A DNA stretch of 64,000 nt. Origin: Nitrosopumilus sp. (lineage in GTDB: Archaea > Thermoproteota > Nitrososphaeria > Nitrososphaerales > Nitrosopumilaceae). Every line of letters starts with the position of its first letter. Position 1 is the stretch's first letter. The stretch spans positions 1,440,001 to 1,504,000 of the forward strand of contig OZ242186.1 of assembly GCA_965205675.1 (NCBI GenBank). Reading direction: 5' to 3'. Below the pieces are notes generated by a model. It was not told the DNA's origin. It did no database searches and was given only the letters and a program-made list of their open reading frames with translations. The position numbers and the translations under genes were made by a program. This document shows positions 39,651 through 49,763 of this stretch, one piece after another.

Positions 39651-40460
39651 ATGAGAAATCCGACTGCAATAATCGGACTGCTGGTTTTGAGCGTAGCATT
39701 GCTTACTATGACAATATACGCAATTGACACTCAGATAATTACTATCGGAGATAAATCATCTGCTGTTCCCATAAAGACCACGTTAATCAATGATTCATTT
39801 AGCACCACACTTGATTCTTGGACATTTCAAGAAAATCCCAACACTGTAGCAAATCAGAGATATTGTAACACGCAAAATACTAATGTATACAGTCTGACTC
39901 ATAATTCAAATCATGATGGTTCTGCACTAATTGATAATTCAAATCATGATGGTTCTGCACTAATTGATAATTCAAATACCTGTTGGTTTGGTACAGTAGG
40001 CGGTGTAAAGTCATTTACAGTTCCAACAGTTCATGATGGCAGCACATTGGAAATGACTCTTGATTATCGAAGTGTTGCCGGTTTAATACCCACAACTGAT
40101 GCGCCTAGTGCCATTTTTACATTGGAAAGGACTCTTGATTATCGAAGTGATGCTGGAGCAATTTCTGCAGGAGTTGGCCATGTAAATAACATGTCTGTCT
40201 TGATTACTGATTCTGATGGTAATATCCTAAAAGAAGAAATATTGTATTCTGGTGCACGCAGCTCGGACTTGAGGGATACTGGCTGGCAAGAAAAGACAAT
40301 TATCGTAAACTCGATAAACGCTACAAAATGCCCATGTGATGTATTTATTTATACTGCGGATTCCTGGCTTGCAGAATGGCAAAAAAAGATTTACTTTGAC
40401 AATGTCAATGTAACACTATCTCATCCAATATCTGATATTGATTACATTTCCTTTCCGTGA
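39651..40460 (+). CDS. Secreted or membrane-anchored protein of unknown function, beta-rich
   Basis: N-terminal hydrophobic helix; ends IYFDNVNV like lectin/jelly-roll domains; carries two in-frame internal duplications. Confidence 0.7.
   Translation: MRNPTAIIGLLVLSVALLTMTIYAIDTQIITIGDKSSAVPIKTTLINDSFSTTLDSWTFQENPNTVANQRYCNTQNTNVYSLTHNSNHDGSALIDNSNHDGSALIDNSNTCWFGTVGGVKSFTVPTVHDGSTLEMTLDYRSVAGLIPTTDAPSAIFTLERTLDYRSDAGAISAGVGHVNNMSVLITDSDGNILKEEILYSGARSSDLRDTGWQEKTIIVNSINATKCPCDVFIYTADSWLAEWQKKIYFDNVNVTLSHPISDIDYISFP
39901..39977 (+). repeat. 33-bp in-frame tandem duplication
   Basis: ATAATTCAAATCATGATGGTTCTGCACTAATTG x2 plus a partial copy (NSNHDGSALID x2). Confidence 0.95.
40044..40156. 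repeat. Older repeat-spacer-repeat unit: 38-bp duplication (3 mismatches) around a 37-bp insert, in frame
   Basis: ACATTGGAAATGACTCTTGATTATCGAAGTGTTGCCGG vs ACATTGGAAAGGACTCTTGATTATCGAAGTGATGCTGG; period 75 bp. Confidence 0.85.
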
Positions 40461-40489
40461 TGCTGGTGCTTCCAGTTCTGGCAGATGTG

Positions 40490-41060
40490 CAGCATCATGG
40501 GATGAATCATCAGTAATTTTGAGTGAAATTATTTTTTTGTTTTGAGATCAGCACCAACATGAATTTTCAGAAATGCTCTTCTCATATGCCATTTCTGTCT
40601 CATCCATTTACCTCTGTTTGTAACTTTAATTCCAGTACTATCAGTTGCTAGAATAATTTCATTTTTAGAATTATCATCCATAGACTCATCAATTGAGATC
40701 AAGCTTGTTTACTCTCTTGTGAATTGATGTAAAACCAGGAACTGTTGGGATTCTATTACAATATGCATGAGTCATTTCTTCTGTTTGTCTGAATGGTAAT
40801 CCAAAATACACTCTGGCATATCCAAGCAATTTCATAAACGAATCAGTATAATCAAACTTTTACCTCTCTTGTTATGATTCATGACCCCTAGTTCTTTGTG
40901 CCAGTTATCAATAATATCAAATGACATTATGATTTCACCTCTTCAGACTAGTTTCTCATTGTATTGATTCTAATTTTCCATAAAACTAGTCAGAATGTAG
41001 GATCCAAAGCTGTTACCATGAAATAAAGTTGATCAGATTGTTATTTGTTCGACAGAGTAC
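40490..41060 (-). mobile_element. Decayed IS5-family (IS903-like) 5' fragment
   Basis: Reads MEN*NQYNEKLV*RGEI...YTDSF...FGLPFRQTE...ATDSTGIKV. Confidence 0.65.
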
Positions 41061-41531
41061 CTTTCAGACAGAGTTAATGTACGGGCACCCATCAAATCAG
41101 GGAAATTATCCCTCATAGTTGTATAGTTTGAGAATTTCTTTGAGATATCTTGCTTGATTATTAGTTCTGAATGTAAAGTTAAACAATTGCCTGCTTTCAG
41201 GCCAGATTGTCTTTATCTTCTTTTCCCCCGTATCTGAATTGCTACCATCAGAGTATGCAGCCCCTCAAAGATAATTCCTTTTTTGCTAATCTCAACTATT
41301 ATTGCATTTGTTGTAACATACAGAATTCCTTTACCTACACTGAATTGATTTGAAGCTGTTTCTCAATTTTTTCTTTATTTCTTAGAACAAGTGTCATACT
41401 CTAAATGCCTCCTTTTTGATAAAAGCTTGATTTTACTCTGTTTTTAGCAATATCAACTAATATCAAACTGTTACCCAACATAATTTTATTGTTTTAAAAA
41501 AGATTAAATATTTAGTTGGGTAAAGAATTAC

Positions 41532-42401
41532 ATGGTTTCAGTAGTCAAAAGAAAAAAGGGAAATGAGTATTATTATTTGATTTATCATTCAGGCAAAACT
41601 TTGCATGAAAGATATCTCGGTAAACAGATCCCAAAAAACATTGATTCAATCAAACTAGAATTTGAAGAAAAAATGTTTACAAAAGAGAACATTCCATTAT
41701 TGGAGAAAATACGTGATAATCATTCAAAACATATCATCAAAGCAGATCAGAAAATAATACAATCAGAAAATCATGAATTCAAAATATATCATATCTACAG
41801 CACCCAGAGAATAGAAGGCAGTACTATGACATATGGTCAGACAAAAAAACTATTGGAATACAACTTGTCTCCTAAAGACACGGCAACAGAACATATCATA
41901 GAAGCTAAACAAATGGAAGAAATATTTGATGATTTACTTGTGACAAAATCAGACATTTCCAAAAAATTAATCCTTCATTGGCATGAAAAACTATTTGAAA
42001 AAACAGACATAAACAATTCGGGGAGTTTTAGACGAGAAGATGTTGCACCATCTGGAGGAAAAACGGAATATGTGTTATGGGCAGATGTAATTGCTGATAT
42101 GGAAGAACTCGTAAAATGGTATGACAAAAATAAAAAATCAATGAATTCTGTAATACTATCTGCGTTATTCCATAGAAAATTTGAGTTGATACATCCATTC
42201 ATAGATGGAAATGGACGAATTGGCAGATTGTTAATGTTGCTAATCTTACACAAAAATAGATATCCTTTAATGAATATTTTGCCAAAAGAAAAACTCACCT
42301 ATATCAATAAACTTGAATCATCATATCTGAAAGATAGTAGCTTGATTTTTCTAAAATGGGTTATGGCAAAGTATCTCAGAGATAATAAAAAATATCTCTG
42401 A
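41532..42401 (+). CDS. Fic family protein
   Basis: Canonical HPFIDGNGRIGR motif; S..IEG.T. Confidence 0.92.
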   Translation: MVSVVKRKKGNEYYYLIYHSGKTLHERYLGKQIPKNIDSIKLEFEEKMFTKENIPLLEKIRDNHSKHIIKADQKIIQSENHEFKIYHIYSTQRIEGSTMTYGQTKKLLEYNLSPKDTATEHIIEAKQMEEIFDDLLVTKSDISKKLILHWHEKLFEKTDINNSGSFRREDVAPSGGKTEYVLWADVIADMEELVKWYDKNKKSMNSVILSALFHRKFELIHPFIDGNGRIGRLLMLLILHKNRYPLMNILPKEKLTYINKLESSYLKDSSLIFLKWVMAKYLRDNKKYL

Positions 42402-42474
42402 TTTTTTTGTATGTATAGCGAAAAGATAAAGTTCGTGAACTAAATTTCAAAAAACTAGAAATCAATTGAACTTA

Positions 42475-42572
42475 TACCTCGGAGCATAATTCTTTGCAAT
42501 TTTTCAAAACAAATAGCAATACTTTTTGATCAGTAGTTAGAAATAATTTCATGGACATCACAAATGACGAGT
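42475..42572 (+). mobile_element. Left-end stub of IS630, interrupted at a TA by an identical element
   Basis: Exact 100-bp-period duplicate of the start of the 42575 element. Confidence 0.85.
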
Positions 42573-42574
42573 TA

Positions 42575-43664
42575 TACCTCGGAGCATAATTCTTTGCAAT
42601 TTTTCAAAACAAATAGCAATACTTTTTGATCAGTAGTTAGAAATAATTTCATGGACATCACAAATGACGAGTTACTCCAGGCCTACAAAAAAGAAAAGTA
42701 CGGTAAGAAAAAGGAAAGACTGCATGCAATGTGTATAATTAAGATCAACAAATCTACAATTGCTGAAACTGCAAGCCAAATGTTTTGTACATACAATTCT
42801 GTAAGGAACTGCCTTGATTCATTTGAAAAATATGGATTGGGGGGTCTGGAGGACCTCCCTCGTTCTGGCCGTCCGCCATTAATTTCACACAAAAAATTAC
42901 AAAAAATAGAGCGTACATTTAAGAGAATTTCAGATGGAATGACTCCAAAAAAACTGATACAATTCATATTTTACAGAACACGCATTACATATCATATCAC
43001 TCATGTGCGTCGTTTGATGTACAAATGGAATCTAAAACCAAAGGTTCCACAAAAGGTACATGTGCGAGCAGCATCCAAGGATGTGTGCCGCAAGTGGAAA
43101 AACCGCATCATTTCACGCATAGAAAAGGCAAAAAAGAAAGGTTTTACAGTATTTATCCAAGACGAGTCTGTATTTGTAGACGATGTACGTCTTGGCAAAA
43201 AATACTGGACAGATGCACACCAACGAATGATTGTACGTTGGAGAGGATCACATCAAAGATTTTTGGTTTATGGAAATGATGATAATCAAAGTTTTTTTAG
43301 ATCGTATGAAAAATTTAATTCAATTGCATTTATAGATTATTTGGAGGCAGCTCGTAGAAAATTTGGAAAAATATTTGTTATCGTCGATAGAGCACCACAA
43401 CACAAAGCTAATGATGTAAAAAAATATCTGCACAAAAACAAAGATGTCAAACTGGCATATCTTCTGAGAGGCTCCCCGCATTTGAGTATGATTGAAGAGA
43501 TTTGGAGACAGTGCAAACATGTTAATGTTGAATCAGATTTTTATGAATCTATTCATGAGATGAGGCATACAGTTATGGAATATTTTAGAACCCATAAATT
43601 TGATTTGAATATGTATCAGTATTTTGCAAGAACAGTGAATTGAAAAGACTTATGATCTGGGGTA
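42575..43664 (+). mobile_element. IS630-family element
   Basis: TA-flanked IRs TACCTCGGAGCATAATTCTT / TACCCCAGATCATAAGTCTT. Confidence 0.9.
42651..43643 (+). CDS. IS630 transposase
   Basis: PRSGRP HTH region; QDES, VDRAPQH, SPHL..IEEIW DDE triad. Confidence 0.9.
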   Translation: MDITNDELLQAYKKEKYGKKKERLHAMCIIKINKSTIAETASQMFCTYNSVRNCLDSFEKYGLGGLEDLPRSGRPPLISHKKLQKIERTFKRISDGMTPKKLIQFIFYRTRITYHITHVRRLMYKWNLKPKVPQKVHVRAASKDVCRKWKNRIISRIEKAKKKGFTVFIQDESVFVDDVRLGKKYWTDAHQRMIVRWRGSHQRFLVYGNDDNQSFFRSYEKFNSIAFIDYLEAARRKFGKIFVIVDRAPQHKANDVKKYLHKNKDVKLAYLLRGSPHLSMIEEIWRQCKHVNVESDFYESIHEMRHTVMEYFRTHKFDLNMYQYFARTVN

Positions 43665-44294
43665 TACATAGAAAATACAATGTGCAACTAGTAATCAACA
43701 CCACACACAACAAAACTAGGCAGTTTTCAGATTTGTGCCATCTTCAATCAAATTTTATCATATATGCTATTAAAATCATTTAGATGTTTGATATTTGCAA
43801 TTTGTATAGCGAGAAGCATGAGTTCGTGAGTTATTTTTTAGGTGTTTCAATTTGTTTATAGTCAAATCATGATTCATTTGACATTACCAAGTACATAATT
43901 TGTAAGAATGAAATTCACAAAATACAAGATTATCAAATATTATTTTTAATATGATCAATTATGCCAACAGGTCCATGGAGGGTTTTACAAGATTCCAGAA
44001 TTCAAAAGGTCTTATTAGATTCAAGCCAGTTAAATTCTTAATCTGATCTTTGTTTTTCAAAAGTTTTTCATCCATAGTCATGAAATAATAACAACAAAGT
44101 CTTATTGCTACTTTACACGAAGATCCATACTTTGAGGTCTCATTATTTCTGGTCCTGAAAAGGTAGGAGATTAGGCGTAAAAGTCATAACTATATGAAAT
44201 AAAAAAAGCGAAACCCTGAGATCAATTCAACTTTAACAAATTTTATTTATTCTAGATTAAAATATTTCATTTCCTGATGATTTTATTTTAATAC

Positions 44295-46622
44295 ATGTTT
44301 TTAATCTCATTTTACATGGGCGTTATTTTGTCTGAAAATATTGGATTTGTCCTATTAATTGGAGTTGGATTAATCATGGCATTATCAGTCACATTGATGG
44401 TAAAGGCTGAAACAAAATGGCTTCATACTAGAAAAACATCTGAGTGGTTCTACACTGCAGGTAGAACTATTAAAACAGGATTAATTGCATCATCAATTGT
44501 TTCTGCATGGACCTGGGCTGCAACTCTTTTACAATCAACTACTGTCACTTTTGAATTTGGATTGGGAGGTTCTTTTTGGTATGCAGCTGGTGCAAGTATT
44601 CAGGTGATCTTGTTTTCAATTCTTGCAATAGAATTAAAAAGAAAGGCACCCATGACGCATACTTTTCCTGAAATGATTTATGTTAGATTTGGAAAACACT
44701 CTCACAAAGTTTTTTTGTTTTTTGCATTAATGACTAATACTATAGTTACTGCAATGCTAGTATTAGGAGGTACAGCAGTAATTAACTCCTTAACTGGAAT
44801 CGACGTTACTCTAGCTGCATTTTTGATTCCTGTTGGAATAATTGTTTATACCATCTTTGGTGGTTTAAAGGCAACATTTTTTGCAGAATATCTTAATGCT
44901 GCTTTAATTTTTGTTGTCGTACTAATCTTTGTAACTGTCATTTATTTTAACACTCCAGAAATTGGCGGAATCTCTGGAATGTATGAAAAACTAACCCAAG
45001 CATCTATTCTAAAACCTGTAGAAGGAAATGCATTTGGAACGTATTTGACATTAGCATCAATGGGAGCTTTGATATTTGGTATTATTAACATTGTAGGAAA
45101 CTTTGGAACAGTTTTTGTAGACCAATCTTACTGGCAACGAACAATTGCATCAAGACCAAAGGGTGCCACTGGGGGATTTATTTTGGGAGGGCTGGCATGG
45201 TTTGCAATCCCTTTTACTCTTGCCACTACACTTGGGTTGGCAGCAATTGCAACTGGAGTTACGTTGACTGAAAATGATATTGGAATGGGACTTGTTGCAC
45301 CCACTACTGCATCAAATCTTATGGGTGATTTTGGAGCTATTCTTCTTTTAACAATTATCTTTACTGCTGTAACTGCTGCAGGTTCTTCTCAATTAGTTAG
45401 TGTTTCATCTCTTGTTACCTATGATGTTTTTCGTACATACCTAAAACCCTCCTCATCTGGTCGTGAATTAATTAGAATTTCTCGATTTACTATTCTGGGG
45501 TTTGGAATGGGAATGGGGTTACTGTCATCTTTGTTATTCCATTCAGGTTTTAGTTTACAATATGTCTATCTCATGATGGGAATTTTAATTGGCTCTGCTG
45601 TAGCTCCAATATCACTTTCTATTTTATGGAAAAAAACCAACAAGTATGCCGCAACCTCAGCAGCTATTGCAGGATTGATTTGTGGTGTTTTATCATGGAT
45701 TTGGTCTGCTGATTTGATGTATGGTGAAATCACTCTGTCTTCAACTGGAAATCTATTACCTCTTTTGATAGGAAATATCATATCAATTTCTGTAGGACTA
45801 TGTATTACAGTTATTGGAAGTATGATAAAACCTGAAAACTTTGATTTTGTTATCATGAAACAAAAAATTCTCCTAGTTGATGAGAAGATTAGCTCTATGT
45901 TAATGCATGATACTGATAAAGAATTCCTTGAGCGTTCTTTGAAATTTTGTAAAAGAGCTGGTCTTTCAATATCTATTTTTCTTGTAATAGTTTGGCCTGC
46001 ATCTTTTTATCTTACTGAATTTGTATTTGAAGAACAATCATTTCATGCATGGGTCTGGCTTGCAATAATTTGGGCTTTTGCAGCTGCTGGCATCATAATA
46101 TTTTTACCACTAATTGAGGCAAGAAAAAGCATCAGTGAAATTTTTCACAAAGCGAGTATGGATTCAGATGTCATGAAACGATCTGATAATTCATTATATG
46201 AAAAAAATTTGCTTGTAATGAACATTCTAGTTCCAATAGATGGTTCTGCAAGATCTCTAAAAGCAATCTATCATGCAAATTATCTCTTCAGAGGATCAGT
46301 GCAAGTAAGAATTTACTTGGTGCATGTTATAGAACGTACTAGTAAAAATGAAGAAAACATTGATGAAGAATTATCAAATCAGATCCAAGAAGAAGGAAGA
46401 CTGATTCTTAGAAGTGTTATGGTGCCCAAACAGATCAATAACTACAAACGTATTGTCAAATTAGGAGATCCTTCTGAGAAAATTACAGAACTTGCAGAAA
46501 AACTCAAAGTAGATGTGATAATTATGAACAAAAAAGGTATTGGAAAATCTAATTCAAATTTGGGACGTGTAACTCAAAACGTACTCAAGCTTTGCTCAAA
46601 ACCTATAATTTTACTGGACTAG
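44295..46622 (+). CDS. DUR3-type urea:sodium solute symporter fused to a C-terminal universal stress protein domain
   Basis: SAWTWAATLLQS, NFGTVFVDQSYWQR; C-terminal NILVPIDGS...GDP..KI..LA....VDVIIM...LGRVT..VL; start may be 44316. Confidence 0.88.
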   Translation: MFLISFYMGVILSENIGFVLLIGVGLIMALSVTLMVKAETKWLHTRKTSEWFYTAGRTIKTGLIASSIVSAWTWAATLLQSTTVTFEFGLGGSFWYAAGASIQVILFSILAIELKRKAPMTHTFPEMIYVRFGKHSHKVFLFFALMTNTIVTAMLVLGGTAVINSLTGIDVTLAAFLIPVGIIVYTIFGGLKATFFAEYLNAALIFVVVLIFVTVIYFNTPEIGGISGMYEKLTQASILKPVEGNAFGTYLTLASMGALIFGIINIVGNFGTVFVDQSYWQRTIASRPKGATGGFILGGLAWFAIPFTLATTLGLAAIATGVTLTENDIGMGLVAPTTASNLMGDFGAILLLTIIFTAVTAAGSSQLVSVSSLVTYDVFRTYLKPSSSGRELIRISRFTILGFGMGMGLLSSLLFHSGFSLQYVYLMMGILIGSAVAPISLSILWKKTNKYAATSAAIAGLICGVLSWIWSADLMYGEITLSSTGNLLPLLIGNIISISVGLCITVIGSMIKPENFDFVIMKQKILLVDEKISSMLMHDTDKEFLERSLKFCKRAGLSISIFLVIVWPASFYLTEFVFEEQSFHAWVWLAIIWAFAAAGIIIFLPLIEARKSISEIFHKASMDSDVMKRSDNSLYEKNLLVMNILVPIDGSARSLKAIYHANYLFRGSVQVRIYLVHVIERTSKNEENIDEELSNQIQEEGRLILRSVMVPKQINNYKRIVKLGDPSEKITELAEKLKVDVIIMNKKGIGKSNSNLGRVTQNVLKLCSKPIILLD

Positions 46623-47033
46623 GAATTTTAAATGCAAGTTCTAGATTTCTCATTGGGCAGTTGTCTATTTTGACTTCAATTGACATATTTTGGATGTCCT
46701 TGATAGTTTGCATGACACATTGATATTTAGATAATTCTACTATCAATCTATCTGCTATAATTTCATCTATGGTATTTTTTCGAATCTCATTGGTTAAATG
46801 AAAACAACAGATTAACATTAATTGATCCCAATCACATTTGAGATTTTGATGAATTGTCTCTGTAATAATTCCATATATTATGTGGAGATTTTTTTCATTA
46901 TTTTTATAAAATTGAATTTTCTTTGTCTTTGTGTTATGATAGCTTTGAATATGAAATTTAATCTGAATCATTTCATAATATCAAATAAAATAGAACATAG
47001 CATTTTATCTTGTAAAATGATTTAAAAGGAAAT

Positions 47034-47966
47034 TCAGTTTTTTCTTATTTTGGAAAATTCTATTCCGAGAATTTTTTTCCTGCTGATATCAAGTATTTTG
47101 TAAATCACGTTAATGATATTCTCTGTTTTATTTCCCAAAATTCTAATTATTATTCCTGATTCATCAGGAAGAATAGACATTCCAACAGACATTTTATCTA
47201 AAATCTTGAGATATTCATAAAGATTATTTTCTAATTCATTTATGGTTTTTTTCCTAGTTAAAATATAAACTGTTCCAACTATTTCATATTCGCCTAATAT
47301 TCCAAAATCATTTAATTTCTTGTCTTTTGGCTTAATCTTTGTATTCTCCAAAAATCTGATTTTTTTGTCTTGATCTGAGCAATGTGTTCTAAGATAGCAA
47401 ATATCGTATTCAAAAGATTCACCTGATGCAACTCTGCCTGGAGTTAAGATTTCTGAATAAATCAATGTAGAGTTGTTATGAACATTGAGATTTGCTTTTT
47501 GATAGTATCTAGAGTTTTTGTAGGGGATGATCTGGTCAGGAATATATTCAAAATAACAATTCTCTTCAATTGTAATATTGAGAATGTGTGATGCCCAATT
47601 AGAATTCATTCCATAAATTCTGGTGGCTCCCTGCGTTGTCATATGCGCAACTGCTGTATTTTTTAATACAACATTTGTTTTGTATCTGTCACCTTGCAAA
47701 ATTCCCCCTGATGGTGAAATTACATAAAGATATGCCATGTTGGGATTTGAGATTTCAGGATAAAGAGCTCGCTGAATTAATAATGGAACTTGAGAAAATT
47801 GTTTTGTAATTACTGTTTTTTTCTCATTATTTGTACCAAGTTCCAAATCCAGAATTCCTATTTTGCCTGATTTTCCAACGCCTAATTGATCTACTTTAGT
47901 ATCATGTGCTTGAATTTCTTTTGGAATATCGCCTGGAATAAAATTTTTCAATTTATTGTTTATCAT
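47034..47966 (-). CDS. ureD: Urease accessory protein UreD
   Basis: SGGILQGD, TTQGATRIY, EYIPDQIIPY, PGRVA.GE.F. Confidence 0.92.
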   Translation of the reverse strand: MINNKLKNFIPGDIPKEIQAHDTKVDQLGVGKSGKIGILDLELGTNNEKKTVITKQFSQVPLLIQRALYPEISNPNMAYLYVISPSGGILQGDRYKTNVVLKNTAVAHMTTQGATRIYGMNSNWASHILNITIEENCYFEYIPDQIIPYKNSRYYQKANLNVHNNSTLIYSEILTPGRVASGESFEYDICYLRTHCSDQDKKIRFLENTKIKPKDKKLNDFGILGEYEIVGTVYILTRKKTINELENNLYEYLKILDKMSVGMSILPDESGIIIRILGNKTENIINVIYKILDISRKKILGIEFSKIRKN

Positions 47967-48613
47967 CTCTCTGTAATTGATTTTGGTGGTCTGTCTAATA
48001 ATAAATCACGAATAATGTGTCTAGTTACTTTCATAACTCCCTCATCAGTTTTACAATTAATAAATTCGAATGGTTTTTCTTCTCTAATCTTTTTTGCGTC
48101 TTTTCTCATAATTTCAAGATTTGCACCAACCATATCTGATAAATCAATCTTGTTAATTATCAAAAGATCACAATTCTCAATTCCTAATCCTCCTTTGCGT
48201 GGATATTTATCGCCACCAGCTACATCAATTAGGTAAATAAAATAATCAGCCAAAAGGGGACTAAATGTAGTTGTAATGTTATCCCCACCGCTTTCAATAA
48301 TTATTAGATCAAGATGAGGATATTTTGATTCTATTTCCTCTATTACAGAAAGATTCATCGAGGGGTCTTCTCTTATTGCAGTATGTGGACATCCGCCAGT
48401 TGCCAGACCAATTACCAGATTTTCATCCAGTAATCCTCTTTTGGTGGCTAAATTAGCTCTTATTCTATCTGCATCCTCTTTTGAAATTACATCATTTGAG
48501 ATTATGCTTACACTATATCCAATATCTGCAAGCATTGGAACTATTCTTTCAATAAGCATGGTTTTTCCTGAACCGACTGGTCCCCCTATTCCAATTCTAG
48601 GAATGTGAGACAT
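47963..48613 (-). CDS. ureG: Urease accessory GTPase UreG
   Basis: GGPVGSGKT, TGGCPHTAIRED, ESGGDN, NKID. Confidence 0.96.
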   Translation of the reverse strand: MSHIPRIGIGGPVGSGKTMLIERIVPMLADIGYSVSIISNDVISKEDADRIRANLATKRGLLDENLVIGLATGGCPHTAIREDPSMNLSVIEEIESKYPHLDLIIIESGGDNITTTFSPLLADYFIYLIDVAGGDKYPRKGGLGIENCDLLIINKIDLSDMVGANLEIMRKDAKKIREEKPFEFINCKTDEGVMKVTRHIIRDLLLDRPPKSITER

Positions 48614-48630
48614 GATAAAAAATTAAATTT

Positions 48631-49323
48631 TTATGTAATAAACATTTTAGAATCCATTTGTTCATGGGACATTTGAGAAATATCTATCTGAGGCGCAAAC
48701 TGTTACATATCTAAAAGCGATTTGTTTGAATATTTTTTGACACTTTCACTAATTATTAGCTTGATATTGTAAATGATCTTGTCCTTCAAAATGTTGAATT
48801 AATTCTAATCGTAATGCAGCTCCTGCAGTAAAACCCAATGGTATCAGTATCATGATACTTTTTTTTAATTTCTAATGCATTACAACAAACTGCAAATGCC
48901 ACAGGAAAAACTCTTTTTGCTTTGTTCTCAATTATACTGTTATAATATTGTGTTAATAGTTTATCATCTTTTAGAAATTAGGATTGTATTTGATTAACTG
49001 AATCCCTGTCTTACAGAAGCATCACGAATTTCTTTAATTATCTTTCTGGCAAAAGCAACATTTCTCATTATCAGAGATAATAATTTGCTCAAAATTATTC
49101 TTATTTGCATTATCAAATATATCTCCTACAGCAAAACACAATCAGACGGATCTATTTGGTGTAATGATTGGTTTTAATCCTCTGAATTAATTCACTTATT
49201 TCACAAATCTTTTTTTCTTTAAAAAAAATACCCTAATCTGTTTGATGTAGCATAAATTCCTGTAGGAAAAAAATCCTACAACTGCATTACAGAGAGTTCT
49301 TGCTCTATTTCTTCAGTGTCTAT
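48631..49323 (-). pseudogene. ureF: ureF pseudogene
   Basis: Remnants LSVMQL*D.FFPTGIYATSN at the 5' end and FAPQIDISQMSHEQMDSKMFIT* at the 3' end; many stops/frameshifts; no ORF of 60 aa or more. Confidence 0.85.
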
Positions 49324-49672
49324 GAATATTGGCCCCTTCCCTAAATGAGGCAAAAATATTTGCTCACTTTGTCTTATCTTGATGTAATTATACTGTAAAA
49401 CAATTTTGTAAACACTTTTTTTTCAGAATCATACAGATTATCTTTTCTGGTAATTGTTCAACAATAATTTTCTTATCTTCATTATCAATCATATCTCAAT
49501 GACAAAGTCTTTGAGCTCTGAATTCGAACCAATATCTGTTCCATGTGCACATTTTTTCCCAAAATCTTTTCCCCCCAAGTCTATTTAAGATATCTAGCTT
49601 TAATCTCTCAAAAGATTCATCTTTAAACTAGTCAAGAAAAATATTTCCAATCGCTCTCTTTATTTCTAACAT
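49324..49672 (-). pseudogene. ureE: ureE pseudogene
   Basis: Remnants MLEIKRAIGNIF..*, GTDIG, IIVEQLPEK; shortened and frameshifted; canonical position before ureF. Confidence 0.7.
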
Positions 49673-49763
49673 TCAAAACCTTGTTTTTTTGATGAAATTA
49701 TACCCTCTTAGATTCTTTTTTATATTTTAAATTATTAAAATACATTAAAATATTATTAATTCT

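Noticed and set aside
34824-40156. Calling the repeat-spacer-repeat units true CRISPR arrays
   Set aside because: Each has only two repeats, the four repeats are unrelated and derive from IS or gene sequence, and no leader or cas genes are visible. Reported as ectopic insertions instead.
46603-47025. ORFs between DUR3-USP and ureD
   Set aside because: No recognisable motif, low-complexity AT-rich sequence; may be a decayed gene but cannot be supported.
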